Below, piece by piece: positions 13,240 to 25,693 of a stretch of DNA of 64,000 nucleotides (position 1 is its first letter; every line of letters starts with the position of its first letter). The stretch comes from Felis catus (lineage: Eukaryota), in NCBI RefSeq assembly GCF_018350175.1, contig NC_058368.1:113958001-114022000 (forward strand). The letters are read 5' to 3'. The notes below the pieces were generated by a model that was not told the origin of the DNA, did no database searches, and worked only from the letters and a program-made list of their open reading frames with translations. Position numbers and translations under genes: made by a program.

Positions 13240-15125
13240 TGACCTTTAAAAATGGTATCCTCTCAATAATGTCTCTATGTGTAAAATGGGATTTTCCTGT
13301 TTTCTCCTAGAAGTATGGTTTTAGGTCTTACTTTCAAGTCTTTCAATCCACTTCAAGTTAACTTCCGTGAGGAGGATTAAGATTCAGGTCCAATTATATT
13401 ATTTTTCATGTGGCTGTCCGGTTTTCTTAACACCATTTACTGAGGAGGCTACTTCTCTACTAAGTATTCTTAGCTTCTTTGTCAAATATTAGTTGACATA
13501 TATGTGGGTTTATTTCTGGGCTCTCAATTCTGTTCATGGTCTGTGTTTGTGATATCGTTTGAAATCAGAAACTGTGTATCTCCAGCTTTGTTCTTCTTTT
13601 ACAAGACTGCTTTGGCTATTCAGGGTTGTTTTTGGCTCCTTACAAATTGTAGAATTTTTTTCTATTTCTGCAAAAAATGGCATTGGAATTTTGATACAGG
13701 TTGCATTGAATGTATAGATGGCTTTGGGTATTATGGACACCAGCAATATTAATTCCTCCAATACATAAAACAGATTTCTATCCATTTATTTTTGTCTTCT
13801 TCAATCTCTTTCAATAACATGTAATAGTTTTCAGCATACAGATCCTTCACTTCCTTGGATAAATTTTTAAATATTTTACTGTTTTTGACACTATTGGAAA
13901 TGGAACTGTTTTCTTTCTTTTTCAGATAGTTCACTGTTAGCATATAGAAATGCAACTGATTTTAATAAGTTGATTTTGTATCCTGCGACTTTACCAAATT
14001 TATCAGTTCTAAAGTTTTTGGGGGGCATCTTTAGGTTTTTCTATAAAAAGGATCTTGTTATCTGCAGAGACTATTTTACTTCTTCCTTTCTTATATGGAT
14101 GCCCACCACTTTGACTAACTGCTCTGTCTAGGACTTCCAGTTTTTGTTCAACAGGAATGGTGAGAGTAAGTACCCTTGTCTTGTTTCTGACCTCAGAAGA
14201 AAAGCTTTCAACCTTTTATCATGGAATGTGATAGCAGCTGTAGATGTGTCATATACGGCCTTTATTATGATGAGGTATGTTCCTTCTATATCCAATTTGT
14301 TGGCAGTTTTCATCATAAAAGGATGTTGGATTTTGTCACTTTCTGCATCTATTAAGAGGATCATATGATTTTTATCCTTCAGTCTATTAATGTGTATGAT
14401 CTTTTTAATGTACGTTGAATTCAGTTTGCTAGTATTTTGTTGAGAATTTTTACATCAATATTCACAAGGAATATGGCCTGCAGTTTTCTTATCTTGTAGT
14501 GCCCTTATCTGGCTTTGATATCAAGGTAATTGCTGGCCTTGTTAAAATGAGTTTGTGAGTGATCCCTTCTCATCAATGTTTTGGAAGAATTGAGAAGGAC
14601 TGGCATTAATTCTTCTTTGAATATTTGGTAGAATTCACCAGTGAAGCCATCTGGTCATAGGCCTTTTTTTATTGGGAGATTTCTGATTACTGATTCAATC
14701 TCCTTAATCATTACTGGTCTGTTCAGATTTTCTATTTCTTAATGATTCAGTCTTGGTAAGTTGTACTTTTCAAGGATTTTGTCCATTTCTTCTAGATTAC
14801 CCAATTTGTTGGCATACAATTGTTCATAGTAGCCTCTTAAAATCTTTTGTATTTCCATGGTATCAAGTTGTAATGCCTCCTCTTTCACATATAATTTTGA
14901 GTCTTCTCTCTTTTTTTTCCTTGGTTAGTCTAGCTAAAGTTATGTTTACCTTTTCAAAAAGCCAATTATCACTTTCAATGATTTTCTTCTGTTGTCTTTT
15001 TAGTCTCATTTCATTTATCTCTGCTCTAATCTTTAATATTTATTTTGTTCCTTCTGATAACTTCGCTTAGTTTGTTTTTCTTTTTCTAATTCCTTGAAAT
15101 GTAAAGTTAGGTTGTTTACTTGGAG
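13240..15125 (-). mobile_element. L1 ORF2 fragment
   Basis: Degenerate RT-region peptides on the minus strand ([16 protein letters not shown]...[41 protein letters not shown]). Confidence 0.9.
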
Positions 15126-15470
15126 GCCTGGAGTCTTAAATCAGACAGAAGACACAAGCCATACTGAAGAGAACTAAATGAGGAATGTCACTACTATCTA
15201 CCTAGTATCTACGGAAAACAACACAAATTCCTCAGGAACAAGAAAACTGGACCCATAGGCATGAACACTGACCACTGCCTAAAACAACTATGGGTAGAGC
15301 TTCCAGGAAATCTGGCAGGAGGCATAATAAATATTGAGCAATAGTGCATAAGACAAATTTAATTTAACTTGGTTTTTAACACCAAAGACTGGGCCCTACA
15401 GAAAAAGGAAATGAGGAAACAAATACAGAACCAGACAGAATTTTTTTTTAAAGTAGTTCAACTCCTGGAG

Positions 15471-16209
15471 AAATACAAATCAAAGCCACACTGAGATACT
15501 ACCTCATGCCGGTCAGAGTGGCTAAAATGAATAAATCAGGAGACGATAGATGCTGGCAAGGATGTGGAGAAATGGGAACCCTCTTGCACTGTTGGTGGGA
15601 ATGCAAACTGATGCAGCTGCTCTGGTTCCTCAAAAAATTAAAAATAGAACTACCCTATGACCCAGCAATAGCACTGCTAGGAATTTACTCATGGGATACA
15701 GGAGTGCTGATGCATAGGGGCACATGTACCCCAATGTTTATAGCAGCACTTTCAACAATAGCCAAATTATGTAAAGAGCCTAAATGTCCATCAACTGATG
15801 AGGATAAAGATATGGTTTATATATACAATGGAATACTACTTGGCAATGAGAAAGAATGAAATCTGGCCATTAGCAGCAACGTGGATGGAACTGGAGGGTA
15901 TTATGCTAAGTGCAATAAGTCAGAGAAAGAAAGATACCATATGTTTTCACTCCTATGTGGATCTTGAGAAACTTAACAGAAGACTATGGAGAAGGGGGAG
16001 GGGAAAAAAAAGTTACAAACAGGGAGGGAGGGAGGCAAACCATAAGACACTCTTAAATACAGAAAACAAACCTAGGGTTAATGGGGGGTGGGGAAGAGGG
16101 GAAAGTGGGTGATGGGCACTGAGGAAGGCACTTGTTGGGATGAGCACTGGGTGTTGTATGGAAGCCAATTTGACAATAAAATATATTTAAAAAAAAAGAA
16201 AGAAAGAAA
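15471..16209 (+). mobile_element. 5'-truncated carnivore L1 3' end
   Basis: ORF2 C-terminus ([19 protein letters not shown]...[14 protein letters not shown]), 3' UTR ending GCCAATTTGACAATAAA, A-tail, flanking duplication. Confidence 0.92.
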
Positions 16210-16226
16210 AAGGTAGTTCAACCCCT

Positions 16227-16395
16227 GGAGTGTCTGGGTGGCTCAGTCAGTTAGGTGTCTGACTCTTGATTTTGGTTCAGGTCATGATCTCACTGTTCAT
16301 GGGAACGGGCCTCATGTCGGGCTCTGTACTGACAACACAATGCCTGCTTGGGATTCTCTCTCTCCCTCCCTCTCTGCCCCTCCCATGCTCTTGTG

Positions 16396-16426
<31 letters not shown>

Positions 16427-16465
16427 AATAAATAAATAAACTTTTTAAAAAATAAATAAATAAAA
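16227..16465 (+). mobile_element. CanSINE
   Basis: SINEC head, CT tract, (AATA)n tail. Confidence 0.9.
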
Positions 16466-17685
16466 GTAGTCCAAGCCCCTACTCAACAAACACATAGTTA
16501 GCTATATGCGCTTTTTACTTATGCCATTGTCTCTGCCTGGAAGGCTTCCCCCTAATCCCGTCACTTTTCATTTCTTTAACTCTTACTTGTCTTTCAAAAT
16601 TTAGCTCAAGCATCATCCCTTTATAAAGTGTTCTCCAAAAACAAGTGTTCTCCAAAGGTGGCGTATGACATATTTGCTTTCATAGTACCCTTTCAGAAAC
16701 AAATAATTATTGTACTTCTAACAACTGACAGGCGCCTGATGCATTCCTCGTTCATAACACCTATTTTGTATTATAGGAAGATCATTTTCATTTAACTATT
16801 TACATTTTTTAAGCTACCCATCCCAGAGCCTAGTCAGTGCCTCTGGGCATCTTTGGTAAATGCCTTGAAGAGCCCATGAAGTACTAGGTGCTAGAGATCA
16901 AAACGATTCAGAAGTTGTCCTTGCCCTCAGGGAGCTCACAAACAACAGAGAAAAGAGGAGATTAGCAATTATAGCTCACAATAGGGCTAACTATGCTGTA
17001 AATAATGCTGTGGGCAAAGGAACCTTCTGAGTTCTCTGGTAGGGAGGACACTGGGTGTACAGCCTTTGTAGAGAAAAACATGCTCAGCGTCCCAAATCTG
17101 TTTTGCAGCAAACTCACCAAATGCACGTATCAGCTTTATAAATAGCCTGCACACACTCACCATTAGCCAGCCTACAAAGGATGAGCACATTTGCATTTCA
17201 TTCCTTCCTTTACACAGTTAAACTACATTGAAGAAGCTAGATAGTTTTCCACTTACATAGCTGTCTTAACAAGCTAAGTTCAGACCAAGGAATGAGGGAG
17301 GGAGGCCAACAGAAAATGTGTAGCACCCACAATCTTTAATCTGCAACTATGTGTAGGTATTGCAATCAGTCTATTATTAGTCATTAGGCAGCTGGTTTGG
17401 TTGGAAACCAAGTTTATGAACAGAACTGCTATAGCCATAAAAAATTATTCCTCTGTGATTAAGGAGTACAATGAAAAGTGTTAAATAAATGCAAAGGAGA
17501 TAGAGTACTTTCTGAAAGCCAATCTGTCTCGACTGGAGTTTAAAGGGGAAGCCAAGTGACTGAGAGTAGGTGGGGAAGAGTCAGAATTCACTAGGTGGTG
17601 GTGTTCCGACTTCTGTTCTCAGTCTCTGATGACGCTCACTCAACAAGCTCTTCCCAAAAGGGCACAGGCAAAATAGGAAAAGTAC

Positions 17686-17805
17686 CTCCGCAGTTCATTC
17701 ATCACCTTGAACGCCTTCCCCATGTGGGCAGAGTTGACAGTGATGATCCTCTGGTTCTTCTCATCATCCCCAGCCTGAACCGGGGGCTGAGAGCTCGGCT
17801 TGATG
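17686..17805 (-). CDS. KLHL3: KLHL3 coding exon 2 (120 nt)
   Basis: Acceptor tcttcctgttcacAG, donor AG|GTACT. Encodes (S)IKPSSQPPVQAGDDEKNQRIITVNSAHMGKAFKVMNELR(S), matching the KLHL3 sequence preceding the BTB domain. Confidence 0.96.
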
Positions 17806-18214
17806 CTGTGAACAGGAAGAGAGTGGGAGGGGAAAGAGAGGATCACATGTTGGTAAACCCAGTCACCCAGCTGCTACAACTCCCTGCATTTGCCCACCCA
17901 CCAGAAGCATCTTTGTCAGCTTGTTCTCTTTGTCACAGACCCAGCAGGAAAAGAAAATGCGTTGGGTCAGCCATTTCTGCAGGATCTTCCAGTGCAAACT
18001 ACATTCCTCTGGTGGAAGCTGGGTCCTAGCTCAGCTACTACCATCACGTGTGCGACTTTGTGGGATATCCTTATCCTCCATCCCCCATGCCCTAAAGGGG
18101 TGGAGGAGACGGAGGGAGACAAAGTGACCACTCACTTCGTAGGGAAATTTGTTCACTCAACAAAAATTTAATGGAGGCTACCGTGTACCAGGTACTGTAT
18201 TTAAATTTAAGGGA

Positions 18215-18434
18215 GGGGCACTTAGGTGGCTCAGACCGTTAAGCATCCGACTTCGGCTCAGGTCATGATCTCGCGGTTTGTGAGTTCAAGCCCCGCATTA
18301 GGCTCTGTACTGACAGCTCAGAGTCTGGAGCCTGCTTCCGTTTCTGTGTCTCCCTCTCTCTCTGCCTCTTCCCCACTTGCGCTCTGCCTCTCTCCCTCTC
18401 TCTCTCTCTCTCTAAAATAAATGTTAAAAAAAAA
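18215..18434 (+). mobile_element. CanSINE (SINEC_Fc-like)
   Basis: SINEC head, body and A-tail. Confidence 0.9.
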
Positions 18435-19193
18435 TTAAGGGAAACACAACAAACAAGGCACAGACACTGCTCTCACAAAGCTTACAGTTCGGTGTAGGAG
18501 AAAACCAAGTAAAAACCTAAACATCATATCCTATGTATCACGACTGGACATAAGTGCAGAGGATGGGCAACTACTCCGGGGCTGGCAGTATGAGGGGAAA
18601 CTTTCCAGAAGCTGAGGGAGAGCAGAAATCCCAAGAAAGAGCAAAAGCAAGCAAAGTAAAAAGGAAAATGGAGAATATCCCAGCAGAGGAAAGAGTACAT
18701 ATACAAAGACCTGGAGTACAAGAGTCAAGTGAGTTCAGTAAAACTAGAAGAGAGTCTCAAGAGCAAAGCCTAGAAGACTGAGCAGTCCTGTAAGTGTCAT
18801 ATTAGCAAAGCCATGGAGCTTGGATTTTACTCTGAGACAATGAGAAGCCATTAAAGGGAGAGAGAAGTAGACAGGAACAGGTGAACACATCTGTCCTTAA
18901 CAAAGATCACATTGCCTGTGGTATGGAAAACAATATAACAGGAATGAAAGCTTTTGGGAAAACATAATCCCACGGTAAGACAAGGGACTGTCATTATTAT
19001 GAAAAGAAGAGCTATCCATGTGGGCTAAGTGAGCAAGTGGTGACTTCCAAGTCATTCACAACCTCGAAGTCCTCTATACAGAAGACAAACACTCATATCC
19101 CTATGGATGTCAAGTAGATGCCCAACAACTCCTAAGCAATATGTCTCAGCTTTATGTGGGGAGGAAAAAAAATTATCGAAAGAACGGTCAATG

Positions 19194-19341
19194 GTCAGTC
19201 AGTTAAACATCTGACTTCGGCCCAGGTCATGATCTCCCAGCTCCTGGGTTCAAGCTCTGCTTGGGGCTCTGTGCTGACAGTTCAGAGCCTAGAGCCTGCT
19301 CCAGATTCTGCGTCTCCATCTCTCTCTGCCCCTCCCCCACT

Positions 19342-19383
<42 letters not shown>

Positions 19384-19404
19384 ATAAATAAACACTAAAA
19401 AAAA
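19194..19404 (+). mobile_element. CanSINE, 5'-truncated
   Basis: SINEC body with (CT)n and A-tail. Confidence 0.85.
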
Positions 19405-19964
19405 ATTTTTTTAAAGAATACACAAAAATGGACTTCTTTTCCCAACCTGATGAAACTTTTCAGCTCCAAGGTCAAGTCCAGGACCTTGGAGTTACCTCTG
19501 TTCTGATAAGAAAACAGGACCTTCTCCATTTGTGTAGATTTGGAGACTCACAGTTCACTCCAACTCTCCAACTCTAGTTTAAAGACAGTTTGCTTTGCCT
19601 TTGCCTGGCGTGCCTCCTTCCACGCCACCACCTAGACTTGCAAACTGGCTTGAGAAAGGGACTTTTGTGGTTAAGAGAATGTTCCAGAGACCTGACAGTC
19701 TCTACAGATCTTACAGTGAGATTTGTAACTACTGGAACAATCAAATCACAACCACCATGCAAGATCTACAGTTTGTCTGACCATCACAGACTCCTCTTTT
19801 GGCCTTCCTTCCCCACCTTCAGTTCAGCATGCAAATATAAGCCACAGTCATCTGAACTTTGGGACTATTTGGATTCTGGGGGCAAAGAAGTTAATTGATC
19901 AGGCACAGGAATATAAATATCAAGAGATACACAAAGGCAGATGATTAGAATTATATGTTGTTGT

Positions 19965-20168
19965 TGTTTTAACGTTTATTTATTTTTGAGACAGAGAGAG
20001 ACAGAGCATGAATGGGGGAGGGTCAGAGAGAGAGGGAGACACAGATTATGAAACAGGCTCCAGGCTCTGAGCTGTCAGCAGAGAGTCCGACGCGGAGCTG
20101 GAACTCACGGACTGCGAGATCATGACCTGAGCTGAAGTCGGACGCTCAACCGAGCCACCCAGGCGTCC
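19965..20168 (-). mobile_element. SINEC_Fc
   Basis: Reverse-complement felid SINE with tagaatta..tgt duplication. Confidence 0.9.
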
Positions 20169-20364
20169 TATAGAATTATGTGTTTAAGGAGGAAAAGAAA
20201 ATCTCAAAACTGAAGATAAGATCAACATGAAAGAGCATCCCGTAAAGTTGAAAAACTTCATGTGAGAAATCCCACAAGTGTTATTTCTTTTAAAGTCAAT
20301 GTTTTTCCTACTCCAAGCCAGAAGATCTTATTTTCTATTTTCTACTAAAAGTTTAACATTTTTG

Positions 20365-20563
20365 CTTTTGTTTTCTAAGTTTATTTATTTGACAGACAGA
20401 GTGTGTGAGCAGGGGAGGGGCAGAGAGAGACAGGGAGACAGAGGATCCCAAGCAGGCTCCTCACTGTCAGCACAGAGCCCAACATGGGGCTCGATCTCAT
20501 GAACAGTGAGATCATGACGTGAGCAGAAATCAAGAGTCTGATCCTTAACCCACCCAGGTGCCC
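20365..20563 (-). mobile_element. CanSINE
   Basis: Reverse-complement SINEC flanked by duplicated acatttttgcttttg. Confidence 0.9.
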
Positions 20564-20579
20564 TACATTTTTGCTTTTG

Positions 20580-21970
20580 ATTAATGGCCCTTATTTGATC
20601 TGATGTTGATTTTTATGTCCTGGTGTGAAATAGGGATTTAATTTTTTCCATATGTTCCATTTACTGAATACTTATTTTTCCCACTTACCTGTCATGCCAC
20701 CTTAAGTCATGTCAAAGTTGCAAATATAGGGATCTATTCCTGGACTCTCTAAGCTATTCCATTGGTTGGTTTACCTGTCCCTATGCCAGTACCACATTAT
20801 TTCTGTAACTTCATTATAAAGCTTGATATCTGACAGGGTAAGTCTTCAATCCAATTATTATGCTTCAAATGTGTCTTGACTATTCTACTTTCTTTATTCT
20901 TTCATACAAATTTTAGTATCAGCTTATTAAGTTCCATGACATATTATGAGATTTTGATAGCAACTGTAATGATTTATAGATCAATTAGTATAGAACTGAT
21001 ATCTTTTTGATATTATGTTTTCTGATCCATGAACATGGAATATCTCTCTCCACTTATTTAATCGTCTTTAATGTCAAACTTTTATATTTTTCTTTTTTTA
21101 TTAAAATTTTTTTTTCAACGTTTATTTATTTTTGGGACAGAGAAAGACAGAGCATGAACGGGGGAGGGGCAGAGAGAGAGGGAGACACAGAATCGGAAAC
21201 AGGCTCCAGGCTCCGAGCCGTCAGCCCAGAGCCTGACGCGGGGCTCGAACTCACGGACCGAGAGATCGTGACCTGGCTGAAGTCGGACGCTTAACCGACT
21301 GCGCCACCCAGGCGCCCCTTACATTTTTCTTAATGAAGACTTTATACATTTGATTAAATTTATTAAGTACTTTAGGGCTTTTGTTGCTGTTTTACAATAG
21401 CAATGGTGTCTTTTATGAATTTTATTTTCTGATTGCTATGGTTTATAAAATGCAATTGATTTTTGCAAATTACTAAACAGCCACCTTACCAAATGTTCCT
21501 ATTATTTCTATACTTGAAGAGTCAATAAAGTGTTCTATGTAAACAGTCAAATTAACCTGCATATAATGCCAGAGGGTTTTTTCTCCCCCTCCTTTCCAAT
21601 TCTTAGGTGTCTAATTTTTTTTTTTTTGAAAGAAATTTTGCACTGGCTAGGATAGCCACACAATGTTGAATAGAAAGTGTGCTAACAAATATTCTTGTTG
21701 TCTTTCTGATTTTAAAGATGTTGTTTTTAATGTTTCTCCATTGTGCATGTTTGTTGTAAAATTTTTATAGATAACCTTAATCAAATTGAGAAAATTCCCT
21801 TGCATTTTATTGCTTTTTAATCATAAAACTATACTGAATTTATCAAATATTTTTGTGAATCTAATGAAGTGATCATATGGATTTTTCCCTTTAACCTTTT
21901 AATGTGGTAAGTGATACTAATATATTTTCTAAAATTAAACCATATCTGCATTTCTGGGATAAATCTAGAA
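20580..21970 (-). mobile_element. Old L1M ORF2 fragment
   Basis: Degenerate peptide FIPEMQIWFNFRKYISITYHIKRLKGKIHMITSLDSQK on the minus strand; T-rich L1 antisense composition. Confidence 0.7.
21095..21318 (-). mobile_element. Young SINEC_Fc
   Basis: CpG-rich near-consensus reverse-complement copy. Confidence 0.95.
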
Positions 21971-23129
21971 ACTGTAAAAAAGACTGCATAAATATTCACC
22001 ATAAATGCTATCTTCAAACTATAAAGAGCCTTAAAAGCCAAGGGAAAAAATATATAATATGGTATTGACCAGAGAACCACTGAAGGGTTCTGACAGGGAA
22101 CTAATAAGATTAGAGCTCCTAAAAGCCCAGTGGACGACAGATTCAGTTCCATTTCACATATATGGAGATGTAGAATAAACACAGCCATTTTGGAAGCAGT
22201 GACAATAATCTCCAGTGTGACTAATGGACAGGAAGGCTTGCTCTTCCTTGTTGTGTTGCTTTTGCACTTTCCAGTGTGTCAAAATGGTCCAATGAATCAG
22301 TCCTGTTAATACAATGTTGTGTTTACCAAAAGTTCTCAAACATAGATTACCTATTCAAAGGATTAAAGCTCAACAAAATGCAATTCATACCAAAGCCTCC
22401 CTGAAAGAAGAAGTGACTTGGTGATGCCCACCGGGCTGGTTAGGGGAAGGACATCTGGTCTTCCCACTATATCTGGAGCCCTTCCCACCCTTGATACAGG
22501 GGCAAGGCTTGACATCAGACAGATCCTAAGGTCTCTTTCTTCCCCTGCTCTGCAGCTCTGTGATGACATGGGAACTCTGCAGTAGAGTCTAGATCTCTGC
22601 TTTCTGGAAGGTACAAGCTTCGTGGCAACTCAGTGACCTTCCAAGGAACAGGAAAGTGAGGAAAGAGAGAAGGTGAGTGCTCAGCGAAGTTAAGAATCTT
22701 GTACAAGATCACAGAGATAATAAGTTACAAAGATGGAAGCTGAGTTCAGGTGTCCCTGACTTGAATCAACCCAAGCTATTTTCACCAGAGTCTACACCCT
22801 CCAGCAGGATAGAATATACATATATACATGCGTGCAAACACACGTCTCAACCTAGGGTCACATGGCTCAGGCAGAGATACTAAATACCCCCATTCCCTCA
22901 CCCAAATCTTTCTCCCTCCGTCCATACCAATTAGTTAGTCCCCATACACAGCCCACTCCCACTCTCTAAAGGCCCCAATGTGCTCAGTTCTTTCTTTATG
23001 CTAGACACAGCTGGTGGATCCCCCTCCCCACCTGTGAAACACAGACCACACAGAGGTATATTCCCACTCTCATGTCCATGTTCAATGTCTATAAGATCAT
23101 ACTTTTCACTCTACCCAGACCCAGCCAAA

Positions 23130-23132
<3 letters not shown>

Positions 23133-23174
<42 letters not shown>
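23133..23174. repeat. (CA)n microsatellite
   Basis: Uninterrupted AC run. Confidence 0.95.
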
Positions 23175-23177
<3 letters not shown>

Positions 23178-23333
23178 TGCACGTTTCTCTAGGCAGATTC
23201 AATCACAAAATGTTTTCTCCTGAAGTTTTTATTAGCAAATGCCCTTACTCTAAGCACAAACTGTTTGATTTCTCCAAGAGCAAAGAATGGCTCCAAACTT
23301 GACCATCCCTTAAGTTTCAGCCTCTATTGACTC

Positions 23334-23570
23334 TTTTTTTTTTCAATATATGAAGTTTATTGTCAAATTGGTTTCCATACAACACCCAGTGCTCATCCCA
23401 AAAGGTGCCCTCCTCAATACCCATCACCCACCCTCCCCTCCCTCCCACCCCCCCATCAAGCCTCAGTTTGTTCTCAGTTTTTAAGAGTCTCTTATGCTTT
23501 GGCTCTCTCCCACTCTAACCTCTTTTTTTTTTTTTCCTTCCCCTCCCCCATGGGTTTCTGTTAAGTTTCT
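23334..23570 (-). mobile_element. Short carnivore L1 3' UTR insertion
   Basis: Poly-T followed by TTTATTGTCAAATTGGTTTCC. TSD tctattgactctt at 23323-23335 and 23568-23580. Confidence 0.9.
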
Positions 23571-23573
23571 ATT

Positions 23574-23716
23574 GACTCTTAAATACTGAGAACTGAGGGT
23601 TGAAGGGGGGTGGGGGAGAGGGGAAAGTGGGTGATGGGCATTGAGGAGTGCACTTGTTGGGATGAGCACTGGGTGCTGTATGGAAACCAATTTGACAATA
23701 AATTATATTTTAAAAA
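23574..23716 (+). mobile_element. Short carnivore L1 3' UTR insertion
   Basis: Ends GGAAACCAATTTGACAATAAA. TSD aagtttcagyctctatt at 23312-23328 and 23716-23732. Confidence 0.9.
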
Positions 23717-24363
23717 AGTTTCAGTCTCTATTAAAACCATACCAGGTTTCAAGAACTTCCAGCCAGTCCAAATGAGGTAAGTGAGACTTCCAGGTTTCAC
23801 GATATGGCAAGAGGCATAAAGCCTACCAAATTCCCTCCATAGTTGATAGTAATTTATATATGCCCCTTCCACCAGACCTCAACCTCTGGCTACTTAACAA
23901 AGGAGCATTCATTTGTGCTGAGATGCTCAGAGTTTCAATAACATTCAAGTTGAGCCATATCTAAGATTTAAATATATCAACAACAGTAGACATGGTGAGA
24001 AAGTACTGGCCAGGCAGAATCCTTGCTGTTTCCTATAGAATTAGACAGAAATAGTCATCAAAGCCATTTTCCACTTAAGCTGCAGCAGAACAAGACAAGT
24101 CAACTTTGTCAAATAAGACAAGTCACTACAAATCTGGCTTAAAATTTAATTAAATCTTACACACTGTCCTGTTAGTAGTAAACATACCTCCATGAACCAC
24201 CACTGCTGCCATGGTGAACACAGGGAAGTGAGTAATTCCATGTTGCTGCTGTAGAAAGGCCAACAACCCCTTCAATAAATAGCCCAGAGAAAGAGAGTAT
24301 TGCAAGATGGCTCAGACTTAATTCACATTCTCACTGGTGCCATTTAAGAAGTCATACATATGA

Positions 24364-24570
24364 GGGGCGCCTGAGTGGTTCAGTTGGTTAAATCTCTGAC
24401 TCTTGATCTTAGTTCAGGTCATGATCTCATGGTTTGTGAATTCGAACCCCACTTCAGGCTCCTTCCCAACAGCGTGGAGCCTGCTTAAGATTCTGTCTCT
24501 CCCTTTCTCTACCCCTCCCCCCACCTCTCCCTCACTCTCTCTCAAAAGAAATAAACTTGAAAAAAAAAAA
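24364..24570 (+). mobile_element. CanSINE with TSD
   Basis: SINEC flanked by duplicated aagtcatacatatgag. Confidence 0.92.
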
Positions 24571-25531
24571 GTCATACATATGAGACAGTCAAGACTCATA
24601 ACCTTAAGAAGGATGAACATAGCTGTCCCTTCCTTCCTGGGTTCTCCCATTCTCTTTTCCCTTGGGCTAGCCTGTGACAGTGGCCTCTCCCGTGTCTCCT
24701 ACTACAGTGGCTATCCCCCATTCTGGATGCCCTCCCTCCAAGCACTTCCTGCACACTATTGCAACATTAATCCCTAAAAGGTCATTCTGATCACATCTTT
24801 CAGATTCTCACTGCCCACAGATTTCTTCAGGGGTCATGAGGGCTGTAGGCTAGAGGCTCAGTCAGAACCACCTGCTTCCATTTATTCTGTGTATCGTGTG
24901 TCCATGTAGAATTTCCTTTCAAAGAACTATAGAGCTAAAAACCTGAAACATTACCAAACTATAGGATAAAGTCATGGTACCTTGCTTAGTATTCAAGGTC
25001 CTCCTTGACCTGGACTGAATCTAAATCCCAGCCCTATCTCTTCCTCAAATATTTACTGAGAACCTGTTTTCTACTGAGCAGATGAAATTATTCACTACAG
25101 ACAGATTCTGCCTTCCTTTTCTTCTATCATAATCTAAATACCTGTTCTTTCAGGACCAATTAAGGTTGCCTCTTCTATGAAGTCCTCTGTATACTTCAGT
25201 CCTAAGTGATCTTTGTCTTCCTAAATTCCTCAAGTATTTCTGTCCTGTAACTGAACTGGCATATAGATTTGATTATGTTTTCATGGTACCTATCTAACAA
25301 CCCACTCCTCTCCTACTAGATGCAACATACCTGGTGGACAAGGAACATGGGTCCAAGGACTCTTTACATGGCTTAGCCTGCCCAGCATAGGGCCACACCC
25401 ACAGCAGGCCCTCATCCCATATTTGTCATCAATGAACTCTGACCTGAAAACCCTTCACTTGTCCCTACAAACTGATAAACAGTAGAGCAGAGTGGAAGAG
25501 TCTGCCTCAACCAATGACTCCAAGCCTAACC

Positions 25532-25693
25532 ATTTATTTTTTTAAGTTTTTTTTATTTATTTATTAGAATCCCAAGCAGGCTCCACACTGTCAGTGCAGA
25601 GCCCGATGTGGGGCTTGAACTCAAGAACCATAAGATCATGACCGGAGCTAAATCCAAGAGTCAGATGCTTAACTGACTGAGCCACGCAGGAGC
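25532..25693 (-). mobile_element. CanSINE with internal deletion
   Basis: Reverse-complement head and tail; CT tract missing. Confidence 0.85.

Noticed and set aside
15506..16112. ORFs resembling reverse transcriptase/ORF2 here and at 7833, 8517, 13534, 14128, 38725, 40473 and 46615
   Set aside because: Frameshifted, truncated L1 remnants; no intact ORF1 or ORF2.
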